From NCBI GenBank assembly GCA_965198945.1, contig CBDAQI010000001.1, positions 96,001 to 160,000 of the forward strand: a stretch of DNA of 64,000 nt, in the 5' to 3' direction. Below are positions 59,324-64,000 of this stretch, in pieces. A program made the position numbers and the translations under genes. The DNA is from Thermodesulfobacteriota bacterium. GTDB lineage: Bacteria; Desulfobacterota_D; UBA1144; Nemesobacterales; Mycalebacteriaceae. The stretch's first letter is position 1. Every line of letters begins with the position of its first letter. A model generated the notes under the pieces. The model was not told the DNA's origin. It worked only from the letters and a program-made list of their open reading frames with translations, and did no database searches.

Positions 59324-59426
59324 TAAGGAACTTGATTTTTCACTTTTTTAATAATTATAATGGTTTTGGTGGGTTGAGTAGTCCAGTTGTAAGAGCGTGG
59401 TGGGCGACAGCCAGGAGTTGAACAAG

Positions 59427-61050
59427 ATGCATTTTTTCAGGTCTACATTTGTATCTTTGTGTTTATTTTTTCTATCATCAGTTTCTTCATTTGGTTCCGT
59501 TTCTGTATCTGTTTTAGAGGGTTCCGCGCCTTCTCTTCCTGATTTGAGTTATGAGTCTTCTTTTCTTGACAGTATGAAGATTTCCCCTTCCGATGCCGGT
59601 GTTATTGCGGGCGGTCTTGACGGCGGTGATTTGGGTGAGAGTGTGAAGGGTCTTCTGGGAGTTCGTCTTCAGGCTGCCGCGGATGCGTTTGTGGATTCAC
59701 AGACGGGCATGATAGAAGACAGGTTTGAGCGTTCCGCGCTGGTGTCTTCTCTGCACCTTGAGTGGAAGAGTCCGCTTGCGGGGCGGAAGCATTTTTTTCA
59801 ATTTGACACTGTGATAGCGCCGATTGATTCCGAGCATTGGACGTTTATGGTTCAGAGCGGCGCACAGTTGAGGGATGTGAAGCCCGCTTTTTACGGTGGG
59901 GGTGTGCTGCGTGCTAATTTTTGAGGGGTGGTTTGTGCCGGGGGTGAATTTTTTCTACGACTATCTGGATGACCTTGGCAAGCATCACCGTTTTTCATGG
60001 GGCGGTGAGATTAAGACGAGGTATCTGGATTTTTATGCGAACAGGTATTGGAGTGTGGGCAAGAAGCGTGGTAATTACCTGCCCGCGTCTGCGGACATGC
60101 GGAGGCAGTATGTGTTCAGTCCTGACGGATGGGACACGGGAGTTGTGGCACAGTTTGATTATGTTCCTTGGTTTGATGTTGAGGCGAGGTATTACAGGTG
60201 GAAGATACCCGTTCGTGAGGGGGATCTTGTGGACACGGTGGGCAATGGTGGAGATTTGGAGGGAGTTTTATTTCGTTTTGGTTTGAGTCCGTTTCCTTTG
60301 CTGAAGTTCAATGTGAGGTATGACCGTCCTGACCGTCGTCAGGCTGAAGATTGGGGAGTGGGCGTGAGTTTGAATTATGATACGTCAAAGACTTTGTTGG
60401 AGCATGTAACGCTTTACCGTTTTGGAGGTGAGAGTGCTTCCCCTTGGTCTCGTCGTCATGAGCGTGTGAGGCGAGAGTATGAGCAGAGGATACAGAGCCT
60501 TGAAGACTTCGGAAAAATTAACATCGCAAGACTGCTTACTCCGGGTGAAAACCTGACAGCCGTTAATATTACTGGATGGTGGCCTACTGAACTAAGTGAA
60601 TCTGAACACTTGGCCAATATAATAGACGGACTAAAAAGAACCACCGGTAATTGCCGACCACCTGCTGGTGAAGATAATTGCGATAACCAAATTATTCCAA
60701 ATACTTCTAATGGTCAACCGACGGCAATCATCTTTGACTGGTCTTCTATAGGAACTTATCATCAGGGAGAATTTTTGTTTTATAACCGGACAAAACCGCC
60801 TCCCAACTTCCGCCAACTCATAAATGGCTCAACAGTAGAGTTTTTTCTTGACAATACCAAAGTTGCAGAATCTACGCTGGCACAAGGCGGAGAAAATACA
60901 ATTTTAAGTGTAACACCGAATCCGGAAGTGCGTTTTAACAAGATAGTGTTGACTTTTTCTGGAGCCCTGCAGAGCTTCCGTGAGATTGAAGTATTAGCGA
61001 CGCCTGTTCTGGCTGCGCCTCCTCCGCCCGATACGGTTGACGGAGTTTGA
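59427..61050 (+). CDS. Inverse autotransporter (invasin/intimin-type beta domain) with short passenger; 1-nt frameshift near 59920
   Basis: Signal peptide; GVNFFYDY, HHRFSWGGE, DFYANRY, DGWD, RHERVRREY resemble Invasin_beta; the two ORFs join at a T5 run (59918-59922). Confidence 0.75.
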
Positions 61051-61322
61051 GAAAAAACGCAGAGAGTTTTTTGTCTCTCTTGAAAGAGAGCGTTTCTTGA
61101 GGTCTAATTAAAAATCTTAGTTGTTAGATTAATGTTTTTATGAAAAAGGATGGAGAACACAGTCAAGGTCTATCGGTCTGATTGTCGGCAATGCCGGGGA
61201 TTTGTAAATACTGAATTTTCGGTCTTGATTATTTCCAAACGGGGTATACAATATGGCGCGGTTTAAGTGGCAGATGTGTATCAGCATTAGTCTGCAAATT
61301 AAAAAACCTTACGGGAGTTTAC

Positions 61323-61583
61323 ATGAATATCTATGTGGGCAATTTGCCTTACAGCACAACCGAAGATGAGTTGAGAGAACTTTTTTCTCAGCACGGTTCT
61401 GTCGTAAGCGTAAATATTATCAAAGACAGGGAAACCGGAAATTCAAAAGGATTCGGTTTCGTGGAAATGGCTGAACAGGCGGAAGCCGAAAAAGCCATAA
61501 GCGAGCTTAATGATGCAACTCTTAATCAGAGAAATCTGAAAGTAAATCAGGCACGCCCAAAAGGCGACAACTACAGACGCTGA
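61323..61583 (+). CDS. RRM RNA-binding protein
   Basis: RNP2 IYVGNL, RNP1 KGFGFVEM. Confidence 0.95.
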   Translation: MNIYVGNLPYSTTEDELRELFSQHGSVVSVNIIKDRETGNSKGFGFVEMAEQAEAEKAISELNDATLNQRNLKVNQARPKGDNYRR

Positions 61584-61596
61584 AATCTGCATAAAA

Positions 61597-61658
61597 AACG
61601 GGAAACCCATTTGCGCAAAGCCCGCCTGACGGTTGGCTTTGCGGGGTGCTTCCCCGTT
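61597..61658. other. Long imperfect hairpin downstream of the RRM gene
   Basis: CGCAAAGCC/GGCTTTGCG inner stem with GGGAA..CCC/GGG..TTCCC outer stem. Confidence 0.55.
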
Positions 61659-61742
61659 GTATTTGAGAAAACAGTTTTTATATTGTGGCTTCCGGACCTC
61701 GGTTCGGTTAGTATTGTTGTGCAATACGGATCATCAGCGTTT

Positions 61743-64000
61743 ATGAAAAACGACTTCGTCCATCTTCATCTACATTCCGAATACTCTCTTCTGGACGGGG
61801 CGATAAAGTTCCGGGATCTTGTTGAGAGAGTGAATGATCTGAACATGGGCGCGGTTGCAATTACAGACCACGGCAACCTGTTCGGGGCTTACGAATTCCA
61901 CAATGAGGCGAAAAAAAAAGGGCGTTAAGCCCATAATCGGTTGTGAAATCTACGTTACCCCCACACTTAAACTTGACAGACCTTCGGACGGAAAAAACTT
62001 CCACCTGACCGTTTTGTGCATGAATGAAGCGGGTTACGCAAACCTTTCCAACCTGGTTACGCGGGGTTATTTTGAGGGGCTTTACAGGCGTCCCAGAGTT
62101 GACCACGAAATGCTTGACGAGCATAACGAGGGTTTGATAGTTCTGAGCGGCTGTATGAGCAGTGAGCTTTCCCAGTCAATTTTCAAGACTGTGAAAGCAA
62201 CACCTGAGTCGGTGATTTCAACCTACAGGGAAATCTTCGGCGACAGATACTATCTTGAGGTCCAGGCCACCGGGATAAAAGAACAGACCCGCATAAACAA
62301 AGAACTCAAAAAACTTGGCGACCGTTTTGACATTCCGCTCGTTGCCACAAACGACTGCCATTTTCTGCGACGCTCCGATTACGGTCATCACGATGTTCTT
62401 CTCTGCATACAGACCGGCAAAACTCTTGAAGACCAGGGCAGAATGAGATTTCAGGGAGACGGTTTTTACCTGAAAACAAGGAAAGAGATGGAGGAAACCC
62501 TCAGAGGTTTTGAAGACGCGATAGACAGAACCGTTGAGATAGCGGACAGATGTAACTTTGAGTTCAAAAACGAGGGATACCGCTTTCCGAAATTTGAAGC
62601 CTCAGAGGGTATGGAGTCCGATCATTTTCTTCATAAACTAGCCGCCGAAAAACTCAGACAAAGGCTTTCTTCGCGCCGTATTCCGGACGACGCGATGAGA
62701 CAATACGAAGAAAGGCTCAATTATGAGATTGAAGAAATCTGCAAGATGGGTTTTGCGGACTATTTTCTTGTGGTCGCAGATTTTGTCGGATTCGCCAAAA
62801 GGGGCGGCATTCCGGTCGGCCCCGGTCGGGGGAGCGCGACCGGAAGTCTCGCCTCCTACGCTCTGGGAATAACAGACGTTGACCCCATTGTTCACAAACT
62901 GATTTTTGAACGTTTTCTCAATTCCGGAAGGATCTCAATGCCGGATATAGACATTGATTTCTGCACCGAAGGGCGCGAAAAGGTAATAGAGTATGTAACC
63001 GCCAAATACGGCAGTGAGAAGGTTGTGCAGATAGGCACTTTCGGCAAGATGTCTTCAAAGGCCGTCGTGCGGGATGTCGGAAGGGTGATGGGGCTTCCTT
63101 ACGGCGAAGTGGACAGAGTTTCAAAGCTGATTCCGTCTTTCCGGGGAAAGGTTTTCAGCATAGAAGACGCCGTTACAAAAACCCCCGAATTGAAAAGGCT
63201 TGTTGAGAGTTCGGACAAAATCACCGAGTTGATTGAAACGGCAAAGCCTCTTGAAGACATGGTGCGCCATTCATCCACCCATGCGGCCGGGGTCGTGATA
63301 GCGAGTGACAGGATTACGGACCGTATTCCTCTTTATAAAGGCAGCAATGGGGAGATAGTAACTCAATTTGACATGGGCGCCGTTGAGAGTCTGGGATATG
63401 TTAAATTTGATTTTCTCGGACTGAAAACTCTCACCGTCATAAATAAGGCCATAGGCCTTGTAAGCGAAAAATCAGAAGCCGCCGCTCCGAATCTGGAAAT
63501 AGACCATATGCCTCTTGATGATAAGGAGGTCTACAAGCTTTTTGCTTCCAGAAACACTCACGGGCTTTTTCAAATAGAGTCTTCTTCGGGAATGGTTTCC
63601 ATGCTGCGCAAATTGAAGCCCGAGCGTTTTGAAGACATAGTCGCGGCCCTTGCGCTTTACAGACCCGGCCCCCTTGACAGCGGCATGGTTGATGATTTTA
63701 TCAAAAGGAAAAGCGGCAGATCGCGCGTTTCGTATCCGCACCCGCTTCTCAAAGACATTCTTTCCGAGACTTACGGTTTGTTTGTTTATCAGGAGCAGAT
63801 AATGAGAACGGCTACCGTCTTTGCCAACTACAGCCTTTCGGATGCGGACCTTATGAGAAGGGCGATGGGCAAGAAAAAACCCGCGGAAATGAAGGCGCAG
63901 AGGGAAAAATTTTTGTCAGGCGCCACGGAAAAGGGCATAAAAAAAGCCAAAGCCGCAGAACTTTTTGATGTCATGGAGAAATTTGCGGGCTACTCTTTCA
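61743..64000 (+). CDS. dnaE: DNA polymerase III alpha subunit (partial; 1-nt frameshift in A9 at 61911-61919)
   Basis: HLHLHSEYSLLDG, ITDHG, then KPIIGCE, GPGRGS, PDIDIDF, KFDFLGL in the shifted frame, open to the window end. Confidence 0.96.

Noticed and set aside
61597..61658. Hairpin considered as SRP RNA or another known ncRNA
   Set aside because: It lacks the SRP domain IV motif; it is more likely a terminator or REP-like hairpin.
1..64000. CRISPR array, rRNA, integrase/transposase, prophage genes and the many overlapping antisense ORFs
   Set aside because: No repeat-spacer pattern or recognisable motifs were seen; the extra ORFs lie opposite or within well-supported genes.

Overview
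Bacterial chromosomal window of moderate GC with dense, mostly housekeeping coding. Gene content and the scrambled gene order suggest a deltaproteobacteria-like lineage such as Ca. Dadabacteria, but this is inference only. It runs from a Pho cluster (phoU end, phoR, phoB, phosphate porin) through two paralogous large beta-barrel proteins, TolC and purH. Next come a stand-alone operon of two acetoacetate-decarboxylase-like proteins, folD/folK/thiD, trpE/trpG and two paralogous acyl-CoA ligases. These are followed by an AmiS/UreI channel, an alpha-beta fused carboxyltransferase, aroA-cmk-rpsA-sppA, dnaB, a low-GC AlbA_2/ATPase island, glnD, nadBCA, ferritin, lon, an inverse autotransporter and dnaE (truncated by the window end). 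I found no rRNA, complete tRNA, CRISPR array or intact transposase. Several single-base homopolymer frameshifts, one in essential dnaE, point to assembly errors. The best leads are: (1) the ADC-like pair with dispersed acyl-CoA genes; (2) the porin paralogs, with signs of gene conversion and mosaic loops; (3) a degenerate copy of the folD 3' end enclosing a three-hairpin element; (4) a mosaic invasin with a lectin-like passenger; (5) a recurring leaderless gene-start architecture.
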